Positions 15,874-26,693 are shown, counted from the stretch's first letter. The stretch: 29,606 nt of DNA from a virus (IMGVR_UViG_3300049999_000407:1-29606); one strand, 5' to 3'. Numbers and translations are program-made. The notes: generated by a model from the sequence alone, not told the origin.

Positions 15874-18816
15874 ATGGAGGCAAAACAGTTCCTGGATATA
15901 GTATTGCCAGATAAAGGGAATAAGGTACTAGCATTAGCAACCCCAACCACTGAAGGTAACGGTGTTTGGTTTAAATACAAAACTTACAAAACAGCACAGG
16001 AAGTAACAGTTGCGGCAGAACTATTTGACGAGAAAGCCGAGACTGTATATTTCGCAGTCAACTCCTTCGGTGATTGGTACAAGGACGAGGCTAAAGGGAA
16101 AAATCGTTTACGAACTCAAGAAAATGTAGTTGCGTGTCGTTCATTGTACGATGACTTCGACGTCGGTAGCGACGACCCGAAAAAGTATACGTCCCGAGAA
16201 GAAGCGCTTAATGACATAATCAAGTTAGCACAAGCAGTAAAGTTAACTCCTACTATTACGTCGTCGGGTGGAGGGTACCATTGTTACTTTTCGCTAGACG
16301 AAGATGTTACTCAAGACATTTGGCGAGAACTATCCTCGCTAAAGCGTGACATAACTACGCACCTACGCATAAAACCGGATAGAGCTGTCGATATGGATAG
16401 CGCTCGTATACTACGCCCCGTGGGAACGTACAATAGAAAATCAGGCACCCCCGTCCCAGTTGAAATGGTCAAGCTAGGTAAACAATACCCAGTTGAAACC
16501 GTTCGGGCTAAGATGCAGGGGTTCATCAAAGAACAAGGGGTTCAGCCGGCTCCGACTGAGAGAGTTAGAGGTAAGATAGCTAACCCTTTTGCGGCGGCCT
16601 TAGGGGACCATCCCCCATCGGACGCTAACCAAGTCGCTGAACACTGTGCGGCGATTCGGAAATTCAGAGACACTAAAGGAGACATACCCGAACCCCATTG
16701 GCATCGAGCTATTGGGGTAGTCAAACATTGTACTGACGGCGAACGAATAATCCACGACTGGAGTCGAGGGTACTCAGGATACTCAGAAGGTGAAACCCAA
16801 GCGAAGATAGACGAGTGGAACGTAGGGCCTACTTCGTGTGCTGAAATGGATAGGCACATAGGGTGCATGAAAGAATGCCCCATGGTAGATAAGTGCAAGT
16901 ACCCCATACAGTTAGGTAATACCGAGACCGTAACGTCTACAGCAGAAGAGACCGAAGTTCCGGAGAACAACGCTAAAAGCGTCCCCGTGATAGAGGGGGA
17001 AAGCATACCCTACTGGCCCGCGAGCGGCTACAGATGGAACGGTTCTGCATTATCAAGGTCAGTGGTAGATGCTGACGGTGTAGTCCACTGGCGCCCTTTC
17101 AGTAGATCATTTATATACCCTATAAATCGGATCCAAGACAAAGAAGGAACGTGGGTTGTCCATTGGAGAACCAAAGAGAAAAACGGCAACTGGCGTGAGT
17201 TCTTCATGCCCACTTCCGAGTTAGCATCTACAGACTTAATGGCTAAAACTTTAGCCTCGCACGAGGTATTCTTGACTAGAACTAGAAACGCAAGAAATGA
17301 CATGGCTGAGTTCGCAGAAGGTTGCATCGAAACATTGCAGGCGTGGCGAATAGAAACCAAAACATATAAGCAGTTCGGTTGGACTGACGATAGAAAAGGG
17401 TTCGTTATGGGGACTAAGCTCATAACCCTTGCCGGAGAAGAAGACGTTCTCTGCGACCCTGATATGCCTTCTGACATTGTAGCTGACTTCGGGACTTCGG
17501 GAACTCTAGACGAATGGGTGTCTAATATAAAAACCCTGTACGACAGGCCGAAGGCTGAACCTTTTCAGTTCGCTATATGCCACGCAATGGGGTCTGTGTT
17601 AGTGCCACTCATGAACTCTTCCAATTGGCACGGACTGTCTTTCGCCCTTACAGGCTTCGGTGGTACAGGTAAGTCTACTATAGCGAAAACAGCCTGTGGG
17701 TTTTATGGCAACCCTGAATTTATGGAGCGCCAGACAGGTGAGCAAGGTTCTACTCTAAACGCCGCGATCAAACGTATAGCCATAATGGGGTCTGTCCCTA
17801 TGTTACTTGATGAGTTTTCAGGTAGACAACCTGATGAGTTAACTAGAACAGGTTACGCGTTAGCTAATGGACGAGACAAAGAGCGTTTAGGCCCTAGTGG
17901 TAAGTTCGCTACAGTAGGGGGCCAGTGGTTTAAGAACAGCTTCATTACCAGTAACGATTCGCTCCACGAAAGCATAAGCAAACTCCCTGCAGGCTACAGA
18001 GTAGAGGCTACACAGCTACGCTTTTTCGAGGTTCAGTTACCTGAGTCTTTTATCACAGATGTGTTCCCCGATGTAACTCAGACTTTCATGGAACATCATA
18101 TGGATAACGTCTATGGTGAGGCCTGTAGGCCGTTTATCAGGTTCGTTATTAAGAACCATGATTGGGTCTGTAGACAGCTCACAGCGGCTAGGGTTAAACT
18201 TAACCCCTCATCGCAAGAAGATAACAAAGAGCGTTTCTATAGAGACACAATAGTGACCGCTTTAGTAGCAGGAAAGATCGCTGAACGGCTAGGGCTTATC
18301 TCGTTTGATCTGAATCTTATGAAGAAGTGGGCTTTATCACAAGTGCTCAAGATGAGAGAAAGTCGGAAAGAAAGCAACACAGATATTAGTGAACATATAG
18401 CCCTCTTCATATCTACTCTGCCGGGACGACTCATCATTACGAAGCGCTTCGGCGACTCACGGGTTAAGCATAAAGAAGCTCCAATGGAGATGCTTCGCGG
18501 TCCTGCGGTCGGGCGTGTCTGCACCGAAGATAAGAAAGTATACATAACAGCCAAATCGGTTAACGATTGGTGCAAGGAGAACGGTGTAGCTCCCGCCGCG
18601 ATGAAGGAAGAATTGGATAGAGATAACTACCTGATATACACAGCAGAAGGGAAGCCAAGCCACAAATGTTATATAGGTTCCGGCTCTACTATCCCCAGTG
18701 GACAATCCCGATGCTACGAGTTTAAGTACGGTAAGTTATTTGGGGATACTGCTCCGTTACATTTGGTCGAGACTGACAGTGGAGTCATGACGGAAACGGT
18801 ACTAGATGACGAATGA
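15874..18816 (+). CDS. Primase-helicase (AEP/RepB-like N-terminus, PriCT-like middle, DUF927 P-loop helicase)
   Basis: DDFD, SSGGGYHCYF, RILRPVGTYNRK; Walker A GFGGTGKST, Walker B LLDE, GRDKER. Confidence 0.9.
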   Translation: MEAKQFLDIVLPDKGNKVLALATPTTEGNGVWFKYKTYKTAQEVTVAAELFDEKAETVYFAVNSFGDWYKDEAKGKNRLRTQENVVACRSLYDDFDVGSDDPKKYTSREEALNDIIKLAQAVKLTPTITSSGGGYHCYFSLDEDVTQDIWRELSSLKRDITTHLRIKPDRAVDMDSARILRPVGTYNRKSGTPVPVEMVKLGKQYPVETVRAKMQGFIKEQGVQPAPTERVRGKIANPFAAALGDHPPSDANQVAEHCAAIRKFRDTKGDIPEPHWHRAIGVVKHCTDGERIIHDWSRGYSGYSEGETQAKIDEWNVGPTSCAEMDRHIGCMKECPMVDKCKYPIQLGNTETVTSTAEETEVPENNAKSVPVIEGESIPYWPASGYRWNGSALSRSVVDADGVVHWRPFSRSFIYPINRIQDKEGTWVVHWRTKEKNGNWREFFMPTSELASTDLMAKTLASHEVFLTRTRNARNDMAEFAEGCIETLQAWRIETKTYKQFGWTDDRKGFVMGTKLITLAGEEDVLCDPDMPSDIVADFGTSGTLDEWVSNIKTLYDRPKAEPFQFAICHAMGSVLVPLMNSSNWHGLSFALTGFGGTGKSTIAKTACGFYGNPEFMERQTGEQGSTLNAAIKRIAIMGSVPMLLDEFSGRQPDELTRTGYALANGRDKERLGPSGKFATVGGQWFKNSFITSNDSLHESISKLPAGYRVEATQLRFFEVQLPESFITDVFPDVTQTFMEHHMDNVYGEACRPFIRFVIKNHDWVCRQLTAARVKLNPSSQEDNKERFYRDTIVTALVAGKIAERLGLISFDLNLMKKWALSQVLKMRESRKESNTDISEHIALFISTLPGRLIITKRFGDSRVKHKEAPMEMLRGPAVGRVCTEDKKVYITAKSVNDWCKENGVAPAAMKEELDRDNYLIYTAEGKPSHKCYIGSGSTIPSGQSRCYEFKYGKLFGDTAPLHLVETDSGVMTETVLDDE

Positions 18817-18972
18817 TGAAGAAAGTGCCAGCGGGCGGTGTGCTTGTCATGATAAAAACACCCGCAGTTAAAACAGTCTTACCTACCCTTTGCGCTCACC
18901 ATGCAATCGAGGCTGTGTCTTAACCGGCTTGCCCACGTTACGGGCTTCTTATTTTTGTTCTTAAAGAAAGGA

Positions 18973-19005
18973 AAAGCCCGGAAACTAGAGGAGAATCCGG
19001 GCTTT
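18973..19005 (-). terminator. Intrinsic terminator between the convergent arms (possibly bidirectional)
   Basis: AAAGCCCGGA-N13-TCCGGGCTTT; on the - strand the GC stem is followed by TTTTCCTTTCTTT; extra hairpins at 18931-18945 and 19012-19031. Confidence 0.6.
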
Positions 19006-19052
19006 AGAGGGTAGCGCGTAACCCTGCGCTAAGGGTGAGGTGGAACGAGGTG

Positions 19053-22000
19053 TTAATCTTTCGGTTGTTTTTTTCGTAACTGCCTTCTGAGTTTCTGTTC
19101 CTTTGCCTTTGCCCTTATAGGGGCCATTACTAAGTTTATAGGGTTAGTATACTTTAAAGTGGAGACTTCGTTGTTAAAAAAGGGCCTTACTTTCGTTTTT
19201 GCTTTCTGTAGGGCTGCCCACCGAGCCATTAGCTCTTTCTTGTCCCCTTTATTTTTCTCTTCGTGCGCCTTTATATATAGTTTGCGTACCTTGGATTGCT
19301 CTTCGCTAAAGTACCTTTCTAGTTCGTACTGCTCTCCCCTCTTCCATTTCAGCTTAGTTATTTCAGTAGCAGGAATCCCCAAAGCGTTAGCTAGTAAAGA
19401 TAAACCTTTGAACGAGTCTGGGTCTCTAACTACGGCTCCGTTCTTCAATGAGTACCCTTCTTTGCTTATCCTCAAAGACTCCATAGCTGTTCTTATGCCT
19501 TTAGGTAGTGCGTACTCCGTAGCTCTCCACATATTCCCTTCCTCAAAGTAAGCCGCCGCTCTTACAAAGTTTGAACCCGTTGTCCCGGATGGACCTAAGA
19601 TAATTTCTGCCGCCGCCGCCATCATATCGTTAGGGTCTGTGGAAAGCTCTGTGTACGGGATAGGGTCAAACACATGTTCCTGACTTAGCTTAGTGGACAT
19701 ATCTATTCCTACTATAGAAGGAATCCCTCTAGTTATTATATTAGCCCACGACTCATCAAGGTTCTCATATATCCATCGCTCTAAATCTTCGGTCTCAGGC
19801 TCATAGTCGCCCTCTCCAATTGCCGCCATAACGAACGGAGCGAGGAATGTCAGCATCGGTATACCTTTCACCCCCGCGAATAAAGCTCCATGCCACAATA
19901 AGAACCCTAACGTTCTCCCCGCCACTATTTTTTCTTTTAGGCTCTCTCCCTTATAAATCTCTTTAAACGCATTAGCATACGCCCATCCCATCATTAACTG
20001 GTACTTACGGTACTGCCCTGTTATCTTAGGTAACTTTTTAAGTAGTAACGGTGCATCTTCGCTAGAGAAATCCCCCTGCGATTTTCGTACTATACTTATT
20101 GCGTACTCTCTAGCCCCTGCCTTATTGGGAGTAAACCCTAATTTTTCTAGTTTACCCTTATTCTGCTTCTGCAAAGCCACATCGTACGCCGCTACAGCTG
20201 TTGACACACGGTTGTGCGCTTCCACTAATCTAGCGACTTGATACAAAGAATGGGATATTTTTGAAGCTCCTTCTAGGGTTTTACCGACCGCATCAACCCC
20301 CGTACTAACGGTGTGGAATGTGGATAAGTCATGATCCATACCCACGTCGAGAAGTTTCAGGTCTTCTAGTTCCTGCATCAACGCTTTGTAGGCATCAGGA
20401 ATTTTATCAAGGTCCACATGCGCTTGTAAGCTAAACCCTTTACTCCCTAAACTGATTGCACCTCTGGATATCTTATACCCCTTTCCGAAGTAAGGCATAA
20501 GTTTGTTCCACGAAGTTGCATAGGCACCGAAATCCCCTGATATCATCGGAATAGCAACCATCATGACTTGCGTAGCGTTTGTAAAATGATATCCCACACT
20601 GGACGTTAGCATATAGACCGTGTTGGTAGCCGTTATTGCATCCTGCCAAGGAGTTTCTTTAGCGCTTAAAATATCCCTGTAGTGCCTAACTACCATGTTA
20701 AAGTCCGAAGTAGCGGAGTCTCTATCGGCACCTGATAGGTCATTAACTTCCTCCCTGGCTTTGTTCAAAGCCGCGCTCATATCCCCACTATGTTCCATAC
20801 TAGAAATCAGGTTAGCTTCAGCGTTTGCCTGCGCCAAGAAAGACCGAATCATATTTTTTTCAAACCCTGCGTACCCACTACGTTTCGATTGAGCGTGGCG
20901 AGCACTGTTCTCACTCAAGGACTCAAAGTACATCTTAGTAATTAACGCTTCCACGTCTTTGAATACCTGTTTAGACTCAGCACCTCCGGTATCTATCTCT
21001 GAGACTTTAAGTCTACCTATCACTTCTGTCAGTACCCTATGGTTAGGGTGACGCCCTTCCTCTTCTAGCTCCATTTTCGGGAACGCTTCTTTCGACCCCT
21101 GTGGGAACTTATGCCCGAGCTTCCTATTAAAGTCCTTAGCCTCGCCCTTAGTATCGAAGAAAGAAATAACGTAATGATGTGCTTGCCCTTTTAACGTAGA
21201 GACTGCTTTTCTATTGTCTCCCGTATTTCCACCTTTGTCGTTTAAAGCCTTTTCCGCCGCTAAGAGTTCAGCAGATTTAAGTTCAGCAACATAACTACCA
21301 AAGCGTTTAAGAGGGGCGTACGGGCCTTGCATCTCAGCGGTCCCGAAGAAGCTAAGGTCGAGTTTTCCTTTACTATCCTTATTAGCCTTCCGAACAATCT
21401 CCGCCTTCCGAACTCTCATCTCCTCCCCATGAGCGAACACACCTCGTACAATATCTCGTTCTACCCTACCTTTGAGTGCTTTAAACTCCTCTTCAAGTTC
21501 AGGATCGACAGTTACAGCACGACCTTCGATCTCAGGGTCGTAAGGCCATTTCTGCTCCAAGGTAGCTTTACTAATAAGGGCGTTAACAACATCCAACCGC
21601 TTAGGGTCTAAGTCTCTGGCGTGTACGGCTAAGTCCTCAACTTTCTGTCTAATGGTATTTCTTGTTTTTTCAGATGCTAATAGGTGTTTGTGGAATTCTC
21701 CTATCCCCGGAACTAACTTCTTAGCCCTCTCTACAGTCTGACTTAAGAACTCCAGTCCTTTTACGCCTGACCTCCCAAGGTCTAGGATGGTGTGGTAAAA
21801 CTTATAGGTTCTATCTCCGAAGTTGTTCTCTACAAACTCATCAACTCTACCTATTTCTTCTTTGTTCTGCTTAGGATCTACGTGAGAAGGGTCTTCTCTT
21901 TTTATAGAGAACTTAGCTTTAACTTTTTTCGACCCTACGCTACCTGCTCTTCCCTGTTCAACGTTAACTCCGGACCCTGTCATCCGCACAAATTCTATCC

Positions 22001-25000
22001 CCGGAACCCTACCCCCTAAGTGTTGCGTGAGCCGCCGGCGCGCCTCCTGCAGAACCCTTAAAGTCTGCTCATTACTTACTCCTTCCAGTCGGGTAAATAC
22101 ATCTCCATCAGCTGTCGAAACACTAGAAGCCTCTCCTTTGCCTTTCATATCTTCCATTAGAGGCCCCCATTCATCGGGGCCGTCTACCATTAACTCCCAA
22201 CGTTTATTTTTCTTGTTCTCCCACATCACTACTCGTAATATAATGGGGCTAACGTCATCCTCTAGGACCGTTTCAGAAGTCTCTGAGAAGTCTCTACTTT
22301 CCGCCGAAGAGAATTCGACCACTAAGGAAATGCCGTAATGTCTGTTTACGGACTCAATATTAGTATGCTTGCCTAACTTAGATTTCGGTCCCCATGATAC
22401 ATGGTTAACTACTACCTGCACGGCCCCCGTTTTGAGAGATGCTTGGTCATAGGCCACCCGGTTTAGCTTAAATCCTTCCATGCGCCGGGACTTTTTCTCT
22501 TCCGGGCTGGAGTGGTACGTTCCGCGCAAGTACTCAGCGACATCGCTCACTGTGTCGTGGTACGCGTCTGAACCCTTTTCTCTAGAGCCTCTGTTAAGTG
22601 CCCCGATAGCAGCACCATGCGCGAGAGTAACTAAGCCCTGCGCATTTAAATTATCACTAGGATTTTTAGAGCCTGTAATCTCGCCCCATTTTTTAGCTAA
22701 GAAATCGCGTACAGCACTCAGCCATTGCGACAACACGTTTGTGGAATTAGCATCGGGTGTAATACCTAAATTTACAGCTTCTTCAGCCGCGTACGCTACT
22801 ATTTCTTCCTGTAATATCGCTTCGTCCCTTAATGATTCTGCTCCCTCTTCAGTCATGTTAGCCGCAGCAATTCGAACTACTACAGCCTCATAAATCTTTC
22901 TCTCATCCGATCCTTCGGGAGCATTCTCCCACTCTTTTACTTGATCGGACAGGGTAGCAAACTCATCAACATTTCCAGCGAGCCCTATGTGCACTCCCAC
23001 TTCGTGGAGAATTATCGCTAGCTCTTCGCCGGGCGCTATGTTTTCCGCGATCAGATGGACGGTTGCAGTATCATTCGGGTCAACGATACCTTGAGTAACT
23101 TTTAACGTTTCTGAACTTACCCTACCTTTGAGTGCTTTAAACGCTTGTTCAACATTCCTATGCACTTGGATCGTGCTGTTAGGTCGATTTATTTTAGCCC
23201 CTAACTTACTAACTATTTTCCTTATTGCCCCGACCGTTGTCCCACCTTTCTCAGCCCCCGAAATAGAGAACTTGGTTCCCTCTAGCTGTTGGTTAGCCTC
23301 AGCTAGGATTTGTTCCGCACTCTCCAGGTCTTCCTCCAGGGCTGTTTTTACATCATCGTCGGGAGAATTTTCTAGTTGCTGACTGATAGCAGCTATATCA
23401 GCCTCAGCTACGTCCCGTTTAACCTCTAAGGCTTTTCGTTCTTCGGCCCGTAGTTCTTTAGTACTTTCTCCATTTGTCGTGTTAGCGGGGTCCCCTCCTC
23501 CTTGTGTACTTTTAGTTCCTTCGCGAAGTCCTTTAGGAACTTCCTCATTTTTAGGCGTTGCCCCTTGTTCACTTTGGGGTAACTTTGGTTTTTCGAGTTG
23601 TTTACTTCCTTCATTAGTTACCTCTTTTAACGTTGACGACACTATATTCAGCTCGAGCTGTGTCTTCTCTAATCCTAACTCCTCCAAGTTTCCAATTTCT
23701 AGTCCTTGAACTGCGGCGAGAGCCCATTCAAGTTGGGCATCCGGGTCTAACTCTGAAAATTGCTTACCCCCCGTAGTGTTGCCACTAGAGGTACGATTCC
23801 AAAGGTCCTCTAGTAGTTTTGCACCTGTTAATGACTTTAAGGTTCCTTTAGCCCTCTCTACTGTCTGCCTAAGTCGTTTGCCCGTTTCCACAGCTCTTGC
23901 GACCGCAACAGGATCAGGCTTATCTTCCACGCTCTTGTTTATGTCTTCTGCTTCTTGCCCTGTCGGCGCCCCGGTGTCTGCGGTGCCGCTACCTGCGGAC
24001 TTTATCTCACTTAGACCTTGGACAACTAAGGCATCCACAGCATCAGCGGTTGTACTTAGGCTCGAGGTGCTTGTCCGCGTACGTCCTTGCGGACCTCCCG
24101 AACGTTCCTTAGTTTTCATGGCGGCAAACGCCTTACCTATATTTTCTTTTCCGTCGACGCCCTCTATTTTTTTCATCATGCCATCGAACGCACTTTTTAC
24201 TGCTTGTCGACTTGCAACAAGAGGCTTCCCTGTTTTAGGGTTTACGTGTGTCTTCGACAGGGCTTTGTATATAGCCTGAACGTGTTTAGTACTTCCCTGC
24301 ACGAAGTCTTCTACAGCTCCCTCGCGGGCCTCGCGGGCTAAGAACTCAAACACAGTCCTTTGATTCCCAACAAGTCCGTACTTTTCAGACTGGATATCTA
24401 CTGAAAGCTCTGTACCACTGGGAATACTACCCCCGGGCACTAGAGAAGTGGTATTCTCCCCTTCCTTTTTCTTTGCGGTAAGCAGACTTAACTCCGCCTC
24501 GAATTTAGTCTTTCCTCCCTTACGGCGATTGTAAAAAGCATTACCTGTGCGTAGCGCCTCTAGCTCCGGATGTTCCTCCGCATAATTTTCCCCCAAGGCT
24601 TCTACTGCATCAAGCCTAGCTTGTTCTTTCCGTGATATTTTCTTAGGGATGACGTCCTTGTCTTCGGAGGACTCCGTGTTGGGTTCTACCGGTACTGTTA
24701 CTTTTTCTGTTAACGCGGTAACAGGTGGTGTTCCGTCTTTTTCTTCTTTTACTCCGTCTGTAGTTACTCCTGTCTTACTTCCAACTACAGGGGACGGTAC
24801 TGCTTTTAGCCCTCCGGCCTTAACCTTCTTCGCTTGGGGCTTTTTGCCTACACGTTTTGCTTCTCTTAACTCAGCGAGGTTTATTGCGGGTGACCCCCCT
24901 TCTTCCATTGGGGTAGTTGCTCTAGCTATATCTTGTCCCGCTAGTCTGATTGCTTCTGCGTCCCCTGACTTAACCGCCTCAGTGTAGTTAGTTAACAGTC

Positions 25001-26693
25001 TATTAATCTCAGCCTCGATCCCCTTCTGTTGCTCCGGATCTCTAGCCGCTTGATCTTCTTTCATTCTACTGTGGTCAGTTAAAGCACCTTTGTACTCACC
25101 TGGTTTGATGACTAAGGCGCTACCGTCCGTAGTAGCTTCCATGAAAGCGTTAATAACTTCCGCTGTAGGTATAGTAGTTTTCCCTTCGGTGTCATACACA
25201 AACTCGTTAGTGTTTTCGGGGTCGTCTCTCCACGCTCTAAACGCCTGCCCTACTTCAGATTGGTCGTCTAGAAGATCGTTACGGAATTGTTCTGAACGTT
25301 CTTTCTTTTCTTCTACACCCCATTTTTTATTATTTGGAAACGACCCCGCATGTTTCTCTCTAGCCGCTTTGTTTACCTGCTCCTCTGCCGCCGCTTGACG
25401 TTCTTCTTGTACTTCGAGATCTACAGCATCAACTATTTTCGCGTCCATGGCAGGGCGCGCTTCGGTAACAACATTCCCCTCTTCGTCGGTAACTTGTTCA
25501 GATCCTAGTTTTGCTGCATTGATAATTTCTGCGGCATGTTCCTCAGAAGTAGCATCCAGAAGTTGGTTTTTGAGCGCCGCATATTCTTGGGATATCCTGT
25601 TTCTTTCTTTCGCATCGCGGACCTTATCGTTTACGCTCCCACTAACCTTATCCTGAGAATCCTTTTTTCGCGTTAACGTGTTAACACCTACACTTTGACC
25701 GGCTCCCGTGATACCACCAATTACAGCACTCCCACCAACGTCCTTATGCCAAGGTTCTCCTGTGCCTATGTTCGTGCCTACTTGTTCAGCGCTCTCTTGG
25801 ACAAATTCTTCACCGAATTCCTGAGCGCCGCCTAATCCGTACTTCTTCCATAAAGGTATATCACCTATTTGTTTCCCCGCCGTTTTAGCCGCTCTATCTT
25901 TAGCTGACTTGCTTACCCCGCCGCCAAGTAAATCAACAGCGTATTCATCTACATCTGTGACCCCTAACTTCCGTGCAAGTTTCCCGCCTCCTACACCCGT
26001 AAGCCCTACTGCAACTCCGGTGGGTATAGCTGCTAGTCTGTGTAACCCGTATTCTCCTCCGTCTTCAGCAACAATTTGTTTTTCTACTTCGCCTGCGGAC
26101 ATAGCCCCTTCGCCTATTGCCCCTGCAGCCCGACGACTTAGTCCTTGCCCTTTATTAAGTAAGTTAATACCTTTGGTGGCAGCTTGAGCGCCCTTACCAA
26201 TTAGCCCGCCACCAACTAAATGAGGAAGGGAACCCGCTACGAAGTTAATAATTTGAGTAGGGTTTTCCCACATAAAGTCAGCCGCTTCACCCCCTTGAGC
26301 CATCATAGAATCTGCGATATCACTTACAGACGCCTCAGGCCCTAACTCCCCTGCGGCTTTTTCTAGGCGAACAGATAACTCTTGGTTTATGGCTTTTTGA
26401 GAATCAGATAACAGCGCTTCATCTATACCTTCCCCGAAGGACTGTAAACCTTGTGACAAAGGGTCAGCAACAAGATTAACCCCGGGAAGTAAGCTACCGA
26501 GCCCTACCACAGCTCCAAGAGCTTTAGGAACTCCGGAGGCTAGTCCTACCGCTACATCGGTAACATCACGTGGGAATGACGATTCTTCAACTTCAGCAGC
26601 TTCCTCGTCGTCCTGTAGTACAAACCCAGGTGGTAACGGTGGAACTTCGTCCTGTAGTACAAACCCAGGGGGTAGAGGAGGTATATTACGCAT
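19053..26693 (-). CDS. Giant internal-virion/ejected polyvalent-type protein (zincin-like HEVGVH and PLxRFG domains)
   Basis: 2546 aa at the end of the virion operon; LHEVGVH...EEIVAY at about aa 1230; APLKRFG at about aa 1794; Gly/Ala-rich N-terminus and hydrophobic C-terminal segments. Confidence 0.8.
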   Translation of the reverse strand: MRNIPPLPPGFVLQDEVPPLPPGFVLQDDEEAAEVEESSFPRDVTDVAVGLASGVPKALGAVVGLGSLLPGVNLVADPLSQGLQSFGEGIDEALLSDSQKAINQELSVRLEKAAGELGPEASVSDIADSMMAQGGEAADFMWENPTQIINFVAGSLPHLVGGGLIGKGAQAATKGINLLNKGQGLSRRAAGAIGEGAMSAGEVEKQIVAEDGGEYGLHRLAAIPTGVAVGLTGVGGGKLARKLGVTDVDEYAVDLLGGGVSKSAKDRAAKTAGKQIGDIPLWKKYGLGGAQEFGEEFVQESAEQVGTNIGTGEPWHKDVGGSAVIGGITGAGQSVGVNTLTRKKDSQDKVSGSVNDKVRDAKERNRISQEYAALKNQLLDATSEEHAAEIINAAKLGSEQVTDEEGNVVTEARPAMDAKIVDAVDLEVQEERQAAAEEQVNKAAREKHAGSFPNNKKWGVEEKKERSEQFRNDLLDDQSEVGQAFRAWRDDPENTNEFVYDTEGKTTIPTAEVINAFMEATTDGSALVIKPGEYKGALTDHSRMKEDQAARDPEQQKGIEAEINRLLTNYTEAVKSGDAEAIRLAGQDIARATTPMEEGGSPAINLAELREAKRVGKKPQAKKVKAGGLKAVPSPVVGSKTGVTTDGVKEEKDGTPPVTALTEKVTVPVEPNTESSEDKDVIPKKISRKEQARLDAVEALGENYAEEHPELEALRTGNAFYNRRKGGKTKFEAELSLLTAKKKEGENTTSLVPGGSIPSGTELSVDIQSEKYGLVGNQRTVFEFLAREAREGAVEDFVQGSTKHVQAIYKALSKTHVNPKTGKPLVASRQAVKSAFDGMMKKIEGVDGKENIGKAFAAMKTKERSGGPQGRTRTSTSSLSTTADAVDALVVQGLSEIKSAGSGTADTGAPTGQEAEDINKSVEDKPDPVAVARAVETGKRLRQTVERAKGTLKSLTGAKLLEDLWNRTSSGNTTGGKQFSELDPDAQLEWALAAVQGLEIGNLEELGLEKTQLELNIVSSTLKEVTNEGSKQLEKPKLPQSEQGATPKNEEVPKGLREGTKSTQGGGDPANTTNGESTKELRAEERKALEVKRDVAEADIAAISQQLENSPDDDVKTALEEDLESAEQILAEANQQLEGTKFSISGAEKGGTTVGAIRKIVSKLGAKINRPNSTIQVHRNVEQAFKALKGRVSSETLKVTQGIVDPNDTATVHLIAENIAPGEELAIILHEVGVHIGLAGNVDEFATLSDQVKEWENAPEGSDERKIYEAVVVRIAAANMTEEGAESLRDEAILQEEIVAYAAEEAVNLGITPDANSTNVLSQWLSAVRDFLAKKWGEITGSKNPSDNLNAQGLVTLAHGAAIGALNRGSREKGSDAYHDTVSDVAEYLRGTYHSSPEEKKSRRMEGFKLNRVAYDQASLKTGAVQVVVNHVSWGPKSKLGKHTNIESVNRHYGISLVVEFSSAESRDFSETSETVLEDDVSPIILRVVMWENKKNKRWELMVDGPDEWGPLMEDMKGKGEASSVSTADGDVFTRLEGVSNEQTLRVLQEARRRLTQHLGGRVPGIEFVRMTGSGVNVEQGRAGSVGSKKVKAKFSIKREDPSHVDPKQNKEEIGRVDEFVENNFGDRTYKFYHTILDLGRSGVKGLEFLSQTVERAKKLVPGIGEFHKHLLASEKTRNTIRQKVEDLAVHARDLDPKRLDVVNALISKATLEQKWPYDPEIEGRAVTVDPELEEEFKALKGRVERDIVRGVFAHGEEMRVRKAEIVRKANKDSKGKLDLSFFGTAEMQGPYAPLKRFGSYVAELKSAELLAAEKALNDKGGNTGDNRKAVSTLKGQAHHYVISFFDTKGEAKDFNRKLGHKFPQGSKEAFPKMELEEEGRHPNHRVLTEVIGRLKVSEIDTGGAESKQVFKDVEALITKMYFESLSENSARHAQSKRSGYAGFEKNMIRSFLAQANAEANLISSMEHSGDMSAALNKAREEVNDLSGADRDSATSDFNMVVRHYRDILSAKETPWQDAITATNTVYMLTSSVGYHFTNATQVMMVAIPMISGDFGAYATSWNKLMPYFGKGYKISRGAISLGSKGFSLQAHVDLDKIPDAYKALMQELEDLKLLDVGMDHDLSTFHTVSTGVDAVGKTLEGASKISHSLYQVARLVEAHNRVSTAVAAYDVALQKQNKGKLEKLGFTPNKAGAREYAISIVRKSQGDFSSEDAPLLLKKLPKITGQYRKYQLMMGWAYANAFKEIYKGESLKEKIVAGRTLGFLLWHGALFAGVKGIPMLTFLAPFVMAAIGEGDYEPETEDLERWIYENLDESWANIITRGIPSIVGIDMSTKLSQEHVFDPIPYTELSTDPNDMMAAAAEIILGPSGTTGSNFVRAAAYFEEGNMWRATEYALPKGIRTAMESLRISKEGYSLKNGAVVRDPDSFKGLSLLANALGIPATEITKLKWKRGEQYELERYFSEEQSKVRKLYIKAHEEKNKGDKKELMARWAALQKAKTKVRPFFNNEVSTLKYTNPINLVMAPIRAKAKEQKLRRQLRKKQPKD
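26608..26669 (-). repeat. 39-bp-period duplication encoding PPLPPGFVLQD x2
   Basis: TCGTCCTGTAGTACAAACCCAGG is identical at 26608-26630 and 26647-26669. Confidence 0.9.

Noticed and set aside
19159-26187. Numerous + strand ORFs of 65-167 aa
   Set aside because: All lie antisense within the 2546-aa gene and have the Ser/Leu/Phe-rich composition typical of shadow frames
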